Assembly: GCA_021788015.1 (NCBI GenBank)
Contig: JAJYLD010000001.1
Coordinates: 273,581 to 337,580, forward strand
DNA length: 64,000 nucleotides
Source: a bacterium
GTDB lineage: Bacteria > Patescibacteriota > Patescibacteriia > Patescibacteriales > JAKAJF01
Reading direction: 5' to 3'
The translations under genes were made by a program, and so were the position numbers. Positions 7,388 through 15,881 of the stretch are shown piece after piece (the stretch's first letter is position 1; each line of letters begins with the position of its first letter). The notes below the pieces were generated by a model. It did no database searches. It was not told where the DNA came from and saw only the letters and a program-made list of their open reading frames with translations.

Positions 7388-8491
7388 ATGACTAACAAAG
7401 AAAAAAATTCACCGAGAGTTCTCCTGGTGACGCTCGAATATCCTCCATTTTTCGGCGGAGTGGCTAATTATTACGACAATCTCATAAAGTACTGGCCGGA
7501 AAATGACCGAATTTTTGTTCTGAATAATAACGGCGGAGAATTGATAAATAAAAAACGGCCTTTCTTAAAATGGCTGCCTTCGATTCGAAAAATTAACAAC
7601 GAAATTAAAAAAAATAAAATTGACCATGTCATGGTCGGGCATCTTCTTCCTCTTGGTACGGCGATGTTTTTGATTTCAAAATTCACAAAAACGCCTTATT
7701 CCGTTTTTATCCATGGCATGGATTTCGATTTTGCTTTAAAAAATTTCCGAAAAAGAATTTTGGCAAAAATGATTTTACAAAATGCGAAACATATTTTTTG
7801 CGCAAATTCTTATGTCGCCGATAAAGTAAAAAAAATTTTGCAAGAAAGTGACAAAGTTTTCGTTGTAAATCCGGGAATCGACATGAACCATGAATTAAGA
7901 ATCATGAATCATGAGTTAAGAAAAAAATATAATCTGGGAGATAATTTTGTTCTTTTGACTGTGGGCAGACTGGTCAAAAGAAAAGGCGTTGATAAAGTTC
8001 TTGAAAGTTTGCCGGCGGTAATTAAAACCGTGCCGAATTTAAAATACATTATTTTGGGCAATGGCCCGGAAATAGAAAATTATAAATTACGAGTTGCAAA
8101 TTTCGGACTTGAAAAGCACGTTAATATAATCACCGACGCGAGCGATCAACGGAAATGGGCATGGTACGACGCTTGCGATATTTTTATCATGCCCTCGCGC
8201 GAAATCAAAGGAGACTATGAAGGTTTCGGCATAGTTTATCTTGAAGCGAATCTCGCCGAAAAGCCGGTCATCGCCGGCGATTCCGGCGGTGTTCGCGACG
8301 CGGTCATGGACGGAGTGAATGGAATTTTGGTAAATCCTGACGAAACGGGAGAAATCGCAAAGGCAATTTTAAGACTTGCCAATGATAAAGAATATAGGCT
8401 AAAACTAGGTAAAAATGGTTATGACCGCGCTATAAATAATTTTAGCTGGGAAGGCCAAGTAAAAAAAATATTTAATATAATTTCCTCATGA
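7388..8491 (+). CDS. glycosyltransferase family 1 (GT4-type)
   Basis: E-x7-E region EGFGIVYLEANLAEKPVIAGDSGGVRDAV; GT-B architecture length. Confidence 0.85.
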   Translation: MTNKEKNSPRVLLVTLEYPPFFGGVANYYDNLIKYWPENDRIFVLNNNGGELINKKRPFLKWLPSIRKINNEIKKNKIDHVMVGHLLPLGTAMFLISKFTKTPYSVFIHGMDFDFALKNFRKRILAKMILQNAKHIFCANSYVADKVKKILQESDKVFVVNPGIDMNHELRIMNHELRKKYNLGDNFVLLTVGRLVKRKGVDKVLESLPAVIKTVPNLKYIILGNGPEIENYKLRVANFGLEKHVNIITDASDQRKWAWYDACDIFIMPSREIKGDYEGFGIVYLEANLAEKPVIAGDSGGVRDAVMDGVNGILVNPDETGEIAKAILRLANDKEYRLKLGKNGYDRAINNFSWEGQVKKIFNIISS

Positions 8492-8916
8492 AAAATAAAA
8501 TTTTATTGCTTTTGTTTCCCGCGTTGTTGCTTTCCGGCTGCACTCAAAAAAATGTCGCGCAAAATGTGGTGCGGATTGATAACAAAGAAATAAAAGTCGT
8601 TTTAGCAAAGAATGAAGCGGAATGGGAGCGGGGCCTTTCGGGCAAGCCCGGCTTGGGCGAGAATGAAGGTATGCTTTTTATTTTCCCCGGCACCGCCGTT
8701 AGAAAGTTTTGGATGAAAGACATGAATTTTAATCTCGATATAATTTGGATAAGGGACAATCGAATTATAAAAATAAGCAAAAATTTGCCGCGCGAAGGCG
8801 ATCAACCGAAAAAAATTTACAGTTCCGACCGACCGGTCAATTACGTTATTGAAGTTAACGCCGGCTGGACAGATCGCAATAACATAAAAGTAGGCGATGA
8901 AGTAAAAATGAGATGA
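8488..8916 (+). CDS. DUF192-family lipoprotein
   Basis: Lipobox LLLSGC and the DUF192 signature GLSGK..L..NEGMLFIF......FWMKDMNFNLDIIW. Confidence 0.75.
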   Translation: MKNKILLLLFPALLLSGCTQKNVAQNVVRIDNKEIKVVLAKNEAEWERGLSGKPGLGENEGMLFIFPGTAVRKFWMKDMNFNLDIIWIRDNRIIKISKNLPREGDQPKKIYSSDRPVNYVIEVNAGWTDRNNIKVGDEVKMR

Positions 8917-9027
8917 CGCTAATTTACTAATAAATGCCAATCCGCGAATCGCTAATAAATAGCGTTGTTCAAAACATAATTCGCAATTCGTAAATTGACA
9001 TTTGTTCGCGGATTAGCATAATATTTT

Positions 9028-9711
9028 ATGATTTCCATAATTATTCCTGTTTACAATCAAGCAGACAAAATTTCCGAATGTCTAGACGGTATTTTAAATC
9101 AAAGTTATAAAAATTTTGAAATTATTGTTGTTAATGACGGGTCGAAAGACAATATTTTTGAGGTGCTAGATAAATACAAAGATAAAATCAAATCGGTCAA
9201 TCAGGAAAACGGGGGATCGAATCCGGCTCGCAACCGCGGAGCGAAAGAAGCGCGAGGGGATTATCTTATTTTTTGCGATGCGGATATTATTCTCGAACCG
9301 ACTGCGCTTGAGATTATGTTAAAAACTCTGGAAGAAAAACCGGAAGCCAGTTTCGCGTATTCTTCATTTTTTTGGGGAAAAAAACTTTTTAAACTTTGGC
9401 CATACGATTCGGAACGGCTTAAAAAAATGCCTTATATCCACACGACAGCCTTGATCAGACGGGAACACTTTCCCGGTTTCGATGAAAAAATCAAACGTTT
9501 CCAGGATTGGGATCTTTGGCTTACCATGCTTGAAAAGGGTCATACCGGAGTCTGGATCGATAGAATTTTGTACAAAGTAAAAACAGGGGGGACAATAAGT
9601 TCTTGGCTGCCCGCTTTCATTTATAAATTGATGCCATTTCTGCCGCGAGTAAAAAAATATAATGTTGCAATGGATATAATCAAAAATAAACACAAAATTT
9701 TAAACGAATAG
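9028..9711 (+). CDS. glycosyltransferase family 2
   Basis: ISIIIPVYNQ...NQSYKNFEIIVVNDGSKDN and a DxD-like FCDAD motif. Confidence 0.85.
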   Translation: MISIIIPVYNQADKISECLDGILNQSYKNFEIIVVNDGSKDNIFEVLDKYKDKIKSVNQENGGSNPARNRGAKEARGDYLIFCDADIILEPTALEIMLKTLEEKPEASFAYSSFFWGKKLFKLWPYDSERLKKMPYIHTTALIRREHFPGFDEKIKRFQDWDLWLTMLEKGHTGVWIDRILYKVKTGGTISSWLPAFIYKLMPFLPRVKKYNVAMDIIKNKHKILNE

Positions 9712-9712
9712 A

Positions 9713-9824
9713 CATACGAATAGAAACGAACTGGAATAACAACTTTTATTTTTTAATTTTGTGTTGATGAAAAATTGAGAACTTGATTTTTAATTTGTTA
9801 AGTTTCGCGTTCATATTCGTTTAG
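9713..9824. repeat. ACGAA-word hairpin element (family 5, copy b)
   Basis: catacgaatagaaacgaac ... ttaatttgttaagtttcgcgttcatattcgtttag. The 3' block is ~90% identical to 1788-1828, and both end a few nt before a start codon. Confidence 0.7.
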
Positions 9825-9830
9825 TTTTTT

Positions 9831-10622
9831 ATGAAAAAATACTGGACAGTTTTTAAAATGAGCTGGGCAAGGGAATTGGAATATCGTTTTAATTTTTTTC
9901 TTTGGAGATTGCGCAGTTTTATCGGCATGACCCTGCTTTACTTTGTCTGGTTTAGTTTGACTTTGAAAGGCAAATTTGCCGGTTTTACCGAGGCGGAATT
10001 ATTCACTTATGTTTTTGGCGCAAATATTTTAAGATCGATAATTTTCGGAAGTCAGACTAGAAATATTGCCGAAGAAATCAACAATGGCTGGTTTTCCAGG
10101 TACCTACTCATGCCTATCAATCATTTTTGGTTCGAATTTTTCCGCGAACTTGCGCAAAGGACCTTAAATTTTATTTCTTCAATTTTTGAAGTTGGGATAT
10201 TTATTTTAATAGCCAAGCCGAATTTCATTTTGGAAAAAAATTTTTCTTCGCTAACATTCTTTTTCTTCTCGATTATTCTGGCCCTGTTCCTGTATTACCT
10301 CTTGAGCTATCTAGTAAGTCTTGTTGCTTTCTGGTCGAGGGAAGCCATGGGACCGCGATTTCTTTTTGAATGGCTTTTAGAATTTTCAAGCGGAGCTTAT
10401 TTCCCGTTGAGCGTTTTTTCCGAATTTTTATTTTTTACCTTAATGTCTTTGCCTTTCGCTTATTTGCTTTATTTCCCGCTTTCAATTTATTTGGAGAAAA
10501 TGCATAATTCCGAATTGATTAATTTTTTTGCCTTGGAATTAATCTGGATTTTTGTCATCGCATTTATCACAAAATATATTTGGTCTAAGGGCTTGAAAAG
10601 ATTTACCGGGGAAGGAATATGA
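9831..10622 (+). CDS. ABC-2 family transporter permease (paralogue 1)
   Basis: Six-TM profile. Starts MKKYWTVFKMSWARELEYRFNF, like the paralogue at 11504 (MKKYFAIMKMAWIRAFEYKATV). Confidence 0.65.
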   Translation: MKKYWTVFKMSWARELEYRFNFFLWRLRSFIGMTLLYFVWFSLTLKGKFAGFTEAELFTYVFGANILRSIIFGSQTRNIAEEINNGWFSRYLLMPINHFWFEFFRELAQRTLNFISSIFEVGIFILIAKPNFILEKNFSSLTFFFFSIILALFLYYLLSYLVSLVAFWSREAMGPRFLFEWLLEFSSGAYFPLSVFSEFLFFTLMSLPFAYLLYFPLSIYLEKMHNSELINFFALELIWIFVIAFITKYIWSKGLKRFTGEGI

Positions 10623-11404
10623 TAAAAAAATATTTAAAACTTTGGAAACTTCTTGCAATTTTATCAGCCGGATCCATACTGTCAAACAGGATCGATTTTG
10701 TGAGTTATTTATTTGGAAAATTTATAAGATTCGGATTTTTCTTTGCGTTTATTCTTGCTATTTTCGCTCACTCGAATAGCCTGGCCGGCTACGGAAAATA
10801 CGAGGTGATTTTTTTCTTTTTGACCTTTAATATTGTCGATACTCTGGGTCAATTATTTTTTCGAGGCATTTACGATTTCCGCAACGAGGTGCGGTTGGGC
10901 AATTTTGATTACACGATTTCCAAACCGGTTAATGCATTGTTTTTTTCGCTATCGAGAGCCGTAGATTTAATTGATTTTATTTTTTTAATTCCGATTGTTC
11001 TTATCGCAATTTACGTCGGTTTTCAGATCGGACATGCGACAATTTATAATATATTCGCATATATCATTCTCTTATTCTTCGGTTTATTTGTAATTTTGGG
11101 AATCCATATTATTTCGGCGGCTTTGATCGTCTGGAAAACCGAAGCGGAAAATGCGATCTGGCTTTACCGCGAATCAATGACGATCGGCAGATTCCCGCCG
11201 GAGATTTTTTCGCCGAAGATTAAATTCTTGTTTACTTATTTTATGCCGATTATTATAATTATCAGCATTCCGGCCAAAGCTTTCTTAAATATGCTGAATC
11301 CGGTCTGGATCTTAATTTCATTCCTGTATGCTTCATTATTTCTCGGTTTTTCCGTTTTAATATGGAGAAGGGGATTGAGACATTACTCAAGCGCATCGAG
11401 TTAA
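10619..11404 (+). CDS. ABC-2 family transporter permease (paralogue 2)
   Basis: Multi-TM protein whose start overlaps the upstream stop (ATGA). Confidence 0.65.
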   Translation: MIKKYLKLWKLLAILSAGSILSNRIDFVSYLFGKFIRFGFFFAFILAIFAHSNSLAGYGKYEVIFFFLTFNIVDTLGQLFFRGIYDFRNEVRLGNFDYTISKPVNALFFSLSRAVDLIDFIFLIPIVLIAIYVGFQIGHATIYNIFAYIILLFFGLFVILGIHIISAALIVWKTEAENAIWLYRESMTIGRFPPEIFSPKIKFLFTYFMPIIIIISIPAKAFLNMLNPVWILISFLYASLFLGFSVLIWRRGLRHYSSASS

Positions 11405-11410
11405 AAATTG

Positions 11411-11494
11411 CCCTCCTTCCAAAGGAGGGTTGGGGAGGTAAAATTAACAGCAAGAATGGTTCAACCCCCTACATCCCCCTTTTGAGGGGGGGGG
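11411..11494. repeat. GC-rich mini-hairpins followed by G-tracts (family 6)
   Basis: CCCTCCTTccaAAGGAGGG + ttggggagg, then tccccctttt + a 9-G run. Relatives are at 41096-41177, 49884-49912 and 50537-50563. Confidence 0.7.
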
Positions 11495-11503
11495 ACAAAA
11501 CGT

Positions 11504-12301
11504 ATGAAAAAATATTTTGCAATCATGAAAATGGCCTGGATCAGGGCTTTTGAATATAAAGCCACCGTTTACGGTTTTAGGTTGGGCAATATTGTTGAAA
11601 TTTTATTTCAGGTTGTAATTTGGACGGCGATTTATAAAAGTACGGCCATGGTGAACGGCTATACCTATAATGATATGATGACTTATGTCATTATCGGCTG
11701 GCTGTTCATCTCGGTAACGCAAAATTACGGAATGGACGACGTGATCGGAAGAGACATTAGACAGGGCACGCTTTCCGCCTATCTTTTAAAACCGTTGAGT
11801 TATTTAAGATATTCGGTGCTTTATTCTTTGGGGCGGGTCAGTCTTGCCACTTTTTCAGGGGTAGTGATACAAGGATTTTTTATCTTGATTTTTTATAAGC
11901 ATGTTCTGCCGCCGTCGTCTGTCTTAAATATTTTTTTGATTTTAGTTATGGTATTTTTGGGCTATTTCATAAGATTATTCCTTTCCATCGCAATAGGCGC
12001 GATTGCGTTTTGGACAACGGAAACGGACGGTTTATTTTCCTTTGCAAGTACATTGATAAAATTCTTATCCGGCGGTTTTTTTCCTTTGAATTTATTGCCG
12101 AATTCATTGGTTAGTTTAAGCTCATTTTTTCCGTTCGCTTATATCATCTTTTTTCCGACGCAACTTTACCTTGGAAAAATATCGACTAACCAGGGACTGA
12201 TAGGAATAGGGGTTGAGGTGTTATGGTTGATCGGACTTTATGGTATAATTAAGTTTGTTTGGAAAAAGGGTATAAAAATTTACGAAGGCGTGGGGATTTA
12301 A
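11504..12301 (+). CDS. ABC-2 family transporter permease (paralogue 3)
   Basis: Multi-TM protein with the N-terminal motif shared with the 9831 ORF. Confidence 0.65.
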   Translation: MKKYFAIMKMAWIRAFEYKATVYGFRLGNIVEILFQVVIWTAIYKSTAMVNGYTYNDMMTYVIIGWLFISVTQNYGMDDVIGRDIRQGTLSAYLLKPLSYLRYSVLYSLGRVSLATFSGVVIQGFFILIFYKHVLPPSSVLNIFLILVMVFLGYFIRLFLSIAIGAIAFWTTETDGLFSFASTLIKFLSGGFFPLNLLPNSLVSLSSFFPFAYIIFFPTQLYLGKISTNQGLIGIGVEVLWLIGLYGIIKFVWKKGIKIYEGVGI

Positions 12302-12307
12302 TTCATT

Positions 12308-13306
12308 ATGTCTATCATTGAAGTAAAAAATTTGTCAAAAACATACGAGTATTACAAAAAGCAACCCGGGCTTTTGGCTTCGATCAAGGGTTTGTTCAAA
12401 CGCGAGAAACTTTTTACCGACGCGGTGAAAAATATCAATTTTACCATAGGAGAAGGGGAATTGGTCGGATTTTTGGGCCCGAACGGCGCCGGAAAAACGA
12501 CTACTTTGAAGATGCTTTCCGGGATTCTTTATTCTTCGGGCGGAGAAGCCCTCGTCTTGGGGCATGTCCCTTACAAACGAGAAAAAGAATATCAAAAACA
12601 ATTTGCATTGGTCATGGGCCAGAAAAACCAGCTTTGGTGGGACTTGCCGGCCATGGAAAGCTTTATTTTAAACAAAGAGATTTATGAGATTCCCGATGCC
12701 GAGTTTAAAGAAAACTTGGATGAGCTGGTCGAACTTTTGGAAATTAAGGATATTTTGGATATCCAGGTCAGAAAACTCTCCCTCGGCCAGAGAATGAAAT
12801 GCGAATTAGTGGCCGCTCTTTTGCACAAGCCGAAAGTTTTATTTTTGGACGAGCCGACAATCGGGCTCGATGTCATCGCCCAAAAAAATATCCGCGATTT
12901 TATCAAACATTACAACAAAGAGAAAAAAACAACGATCATTTTGACTTCACATTACATGGAAGATATAAAAGAATTATGCAAACGTGTGATCATAATCGAC
13001 CGCGGACAGATTCTTTACGACGGCCAGCTAGACGATCTGATTAAGAAATACGCTCCTTACAAAGTTTTGAATATTACCTTCAATGACAACGGAGTCAAGC
13101 GGGAAGAAATTGAGAAATTCGGTAATGTCCAAAAATACAATTCATACGCCGTCGCTCTTGAAGTCGATCGGGAAAAGGTGAAAGAAGCCGCCACGCGAAT
13201 TTTATCTTCCAATCTTCCGGTTGACGATATTTTAATCGATGAAGTCGACATCGACGAGGTTATCAGAAAAATTTTTAGGAACACTCATGCCAATCAACCC
13301 GTTTAG
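12308..13306 (+). CDS. ABC transporter ATP-binding protein with C-terminal extension
   Basis: Walker A GPNGAGKTT, signature LSLGQRM, Walker B VLFLDEPT, H-loop TSHYM. Confidence 0.9.
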   Translation: MSIIEVKNLSKTYEYYKKQPGLLASIKGLFKREKLFTDAVKNINFTIGEGELVGFLGPNGAGKTTTLKMLSGILYSSGGEALVLGHVPYKREKEYQKQFALVMGQKNQLWWDLPAMESFILNKEIYEIPDAEFKENLDELVELLEIKDILDIQVRKLSLGQRMKCELVAALLHKPKVLFLDEPTIGLDVIAQKNIRDFIKHYNKEKKTTIILTSHYMEDIKELCKRVIIIDRGQILYDGQLDDLIKKYAPYKVLNITFNDNGVKREEIEKFGNVQKYNSYAVALEVDREKVKEAATRILSSNLPVDDILIDEVDIDEVIRKIFRNTHANQPV

Positions 13307-14903
13307 TAAAACTTTCAAATACAGTCTTTTGTTTATTGTTATCGCCGAAATATTTTCATTGATCGGTTATTTTTATTCGTCCGTAAATTTAATTGGCTTT
13401 ATAATGATCGCGGTATTGGCCATAATCCTGTCTTTGTATAACTTGGAACACGGGCTTTTAATTTTGCTTGCGGAGTTGTTTATCGGCTCTATGGGCTACC
13501 TCTTTTCTTTCCGTTTCGGAAGCGTATCGATTTCCATTCGTATCGCTTTATGGATTATTGTCATGACAGCCTGGTTGGGAAAAGTGATCCTGGAATGGGC
13601 TCGCTCCGTTAGAAATTTCCACGGGGAAACAAATTCCGCGGAAGACCGATTAAATTCCGATTCAATCACGACAGACTTAAAAGAAAGAAGATTAAAGATA
13701 GATTTTTTCAAATCGAAATTTTTTCCTTATTATTTAATTCTCTTTGTTTTTATCGCCTGGGGTTTTGTTCGCGGCATTCTTGTCGGCAACGCTTTTCATA
13801 ATTTGTTTCCCGATTTCAAGCGTTGGATTTATTACGGACTGGCCTTTCCCGTCTATTATGTCATCTTTCATGACCGCGGAAAGATCCGAGAAAAAGTCTC
13901 CAATTTGGTTCAAGTGTTTGCGGCCGCGATTCTTTGGCTCGGAGTAAAAACCTTTATTTTGCTTTTTATTTTTTCTCACGGTATCAAAAGCTCGGAAATA
14001 TATCACTGGGTCAGAGATACGGGAGTGGGAGAAATTACGCATTTCTCAGGGGGGTTTTATCGAATTTTTTTCCAATCCCATATTTACGACCTTATTGGCG
14101 TTTTTATCTTTCTTCTGCTCTTTGCTTACGAATACAAGCTCCTTGAAAAAACTTTGCAATTTAACAAAAAAATTATTGTTTGCTTACTGATGATTCTTAT
14201 TTCGTTTTCCGCCGTGCTAATCAGTTTTTCGCGAAGTTTTTGGGTCGGATTGGCCGGCGATTTGATTTTATTTTACGCGTACTTGTTCCGGAAAAAATTC
14301 CCGGTTAAAAAAATTCTGACCGCGACTTTTATTTTGGCGGCGATCGGACTTTTAAGCGTCGGTTTGTTAACGGTTATCGTAAAATTCCCTTATCCGAAAC
14401 CTATCGGCGGTTTTGACACAACGGATTTGATTTCCGAAAGAGCGAGCGAAGTTACCGGAGAAGCCGCTGTTTCTTCGCGTTGGTCGCTTCTGCCGAAACT
14501 CATGGCGCAAATCGAAAAATCTCCGATTTTGGGCAGAGGTTACGGAGCTACGGTTACTTATAAATCAAGCGATCCGCGCGTCATAGCCTCGTATCCGAAC
14601 GGCGAATATACAACCTATGCGTTTGAATGGGGCTGGCTCGACATTTGGCTGAAGTTGGGATTTTTGGGATTACTGGCTTATTTTGCTTTATTTTATAAGA
14701 TGATCAAATTCGGATTAAAAAATTCCGACTCGACGAATGAATCAAGCGCCCTTAAAATAGGATTGCTTCTGGGCCTGGTCGCGGTTTTTGTCGTCAGCAC
14801 TTTTAGTCCGTACACCAACCATCCCTTGGGTATAGGCTATATCATATTGACCGGAGCGTTTCTTGAAGGCCTGAAAGAGGAAGAAACGCCCGCTCTTGCT
14901 TAA
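13287..14903 (+). CDS. O-antigen ligase/polymerase-like membrane protein (Wzy_C-like)
   Basis: More than 10 TM segments, an SRSFWVGL loop motif and an external loop with GRGYGAT. ATG 13287 (MPINPF) is preferred over 13239. Confidence 0.65.
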   Translation: MPINPFSKTFKYSLLFIVIAEIFSLIGYFYSSVNLIGFIMIAVLAIILSLYNLEHGLLILLAELFIGSMGYLFSFRFGSVSISIRIALWIIVMTAWLGKVILEWARSVRNFHGETNSAEDRLNSDSITTDLKERRLKIDFFKSKFFPYYLILFVFIAWGFVRGILVGNAFHNLFPDFKRWIYYGLAFPVYYVIFHDRGKIREKVSNLVQVFAAAILWLGVKTFILLFIFSHGIKSSEIYHWVRDTGVGEITHFSGGFYRIFFQSHIYDLIGVFIFLLLFAYEYKLLEKTLQFNKKIIVCLLMILISFSAVLISFSRSFWVGLAGDLILFYAYLFRKKFPVKKILTATFILAAIGLLSVGLLTVIVKFPYPKPIGGFDTTDLISERASEVTGEAAVSSRWSLLPKLMAQIEKSPILGRGYGATVTYKSSDPRVIASYPNGEYTTYAFEWGWLDIWLKLGFLGLLAYFALFYKMIKFGLKNSDSTNESSALKIGLLLGLVAVFVVSTFSPYTNHPLGIGYIILTGAFLEGLKEEETPALA

Positions 14904-15030
14904 ATTTGGGGGATAGTGTATATTTTTAGTTAATCAATTTTATAGGTAAATTAATTTCTAATTTACATTCATACAAGATACAAAAATTAAAAAGGGTATA
15001 GGGGTATAGCGTTTAGACTGTAAATTCTAC

Positions 15031-15051
15031 ATGCCAAATCCCATACGCTAA
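15031..15051 (+). promoter_or_regulatory. 6-codon uORF (MPNPIR) ending 4 nt before greA start
   Basis: ATG CCA AAT CCC ATA CGC TAA, then aatt, then ATG (15056). Confidence 0.3.
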
Positions 15052-15055
15052 AATT

Positions 15056-15517
15056 ATGTCTGACCAAATTATTTCAAAAGAAGGTTATGAAAAATTAAAA
15101 AAGGAGCTTGATTTTTTAATCAATGTCAAACGACGGGAAATCGCGGACAGAATCCAAAAAGCGAAAGACATGGGAGATTTGAGCGAAAACGCGGAATACG
15201 CGGAAGCGAAGGACGCCCAAGCTTTTAATGAAGGCCAGATTGCGGAACTGGCAAACTTGTTGAAAAATGTAACCGTTGTCGAAAACGGCGGCGGCAAAGA
15301 AAAGGTAAGTATGGGCTCGACCGTGGCTGTAAAAACAAAAGACGGAACGGAGAAAAAATTTACGATTGTCAGTTTTAACGAGGTTGATCCGTTGGCGGGT
15401 AAAATTTCAAATGAATCGCCGTTGGGGCTCGCTTTTTTGGGGAAAAAGAAAGGTGACAGGATAAAAGTGACAACGATGAGGGGAGAAATCGAGTATGAAA
15501 TAATGAAAATTCAATAA
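15056..15517 (+). CDS. greA: transcription elongation factor GreA
   Basis: GDLSENAEYAEAKDAQ coiled-coil tip and a C-terminal FKBP-like domain. Confidence 0.9.
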   Translation: MSDQIISKEGYEKLKKELDFLINVKRREIADRIQKAKDMGDLSENAEYAEAKDAQAFNEGQIAELANLLKNVTVVENGGGKEKVSMGSTVAVKTKDGTEKKFTIVSFNEVDPLAGKISNESPLGLAFLGKKKGDRIKVTTMRGEIEYEIMKIQ

Positions 15518-15665
15518 TTCCGATAAAAATCATGTCGTAAAGATCATGATTTTTTCTTGCCTAAAAAAATTAAAGCATGCTAAAAATCTTTACAAAAAGG
15601 AGATTTTTTTCAAATGGGCGAAAGAAGACATACTCCCATAGGAAACCAGAAAGTCGTTAAAAGAT

Positions 15666-15809
15666 ATGAATTTTGGGGTACTTGCTGCGGATAAAGGCGG
15701 AAAGAAAGGAAAAACGGTTGCCTATAATATGACCGCGGAGGAAAAAGGGATCTTTGAAAAATTGGTGCAAGAAGTGCGGGTTTGGCTAAAATCCAAAAGA
15801 GGCGAATAA
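15666..15809 (+). CDS. possible 47-aa protein in a self-contained unit (preceded by overlapping 25-codon ORF from 15614)
   Basis: Reads MNFGVLAADKGGKKGKTVAYNMTAEEKGIFEKLVQEVRVWLKSKRGE. A GGAG lies upstream of 15614 and an intrinsic terminator overlaps the stop. Confidence 0.3.
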   Translation: MNFGVLAADKGGKKGKTVAYNMTAEEKGIFEKLVQEVRVWLKSKRGE

Positions 15810-15823
15810 ACGCCTCTTTTTTC
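15798..15823 (+). terminator. rho-independent terminator
   Basis: AGAGGCG aataaa CGCCTCT followed by a T-run. Confidence 0.7.
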
Positions 15824-15881
15824 TTTGACTTTCTTTTAAAAATAGCGTAAAATAAAAACATATTTTTGTTCACAATTTATT

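Noticed and set aside
11362-11553. 63-aa ORF bridging permease 2, the GC-rich hairpins and permease 3.
   Set aside because: It is read-through of repeat sequence (PLLRGG-type peptides) and overlaps two better-supported genes.
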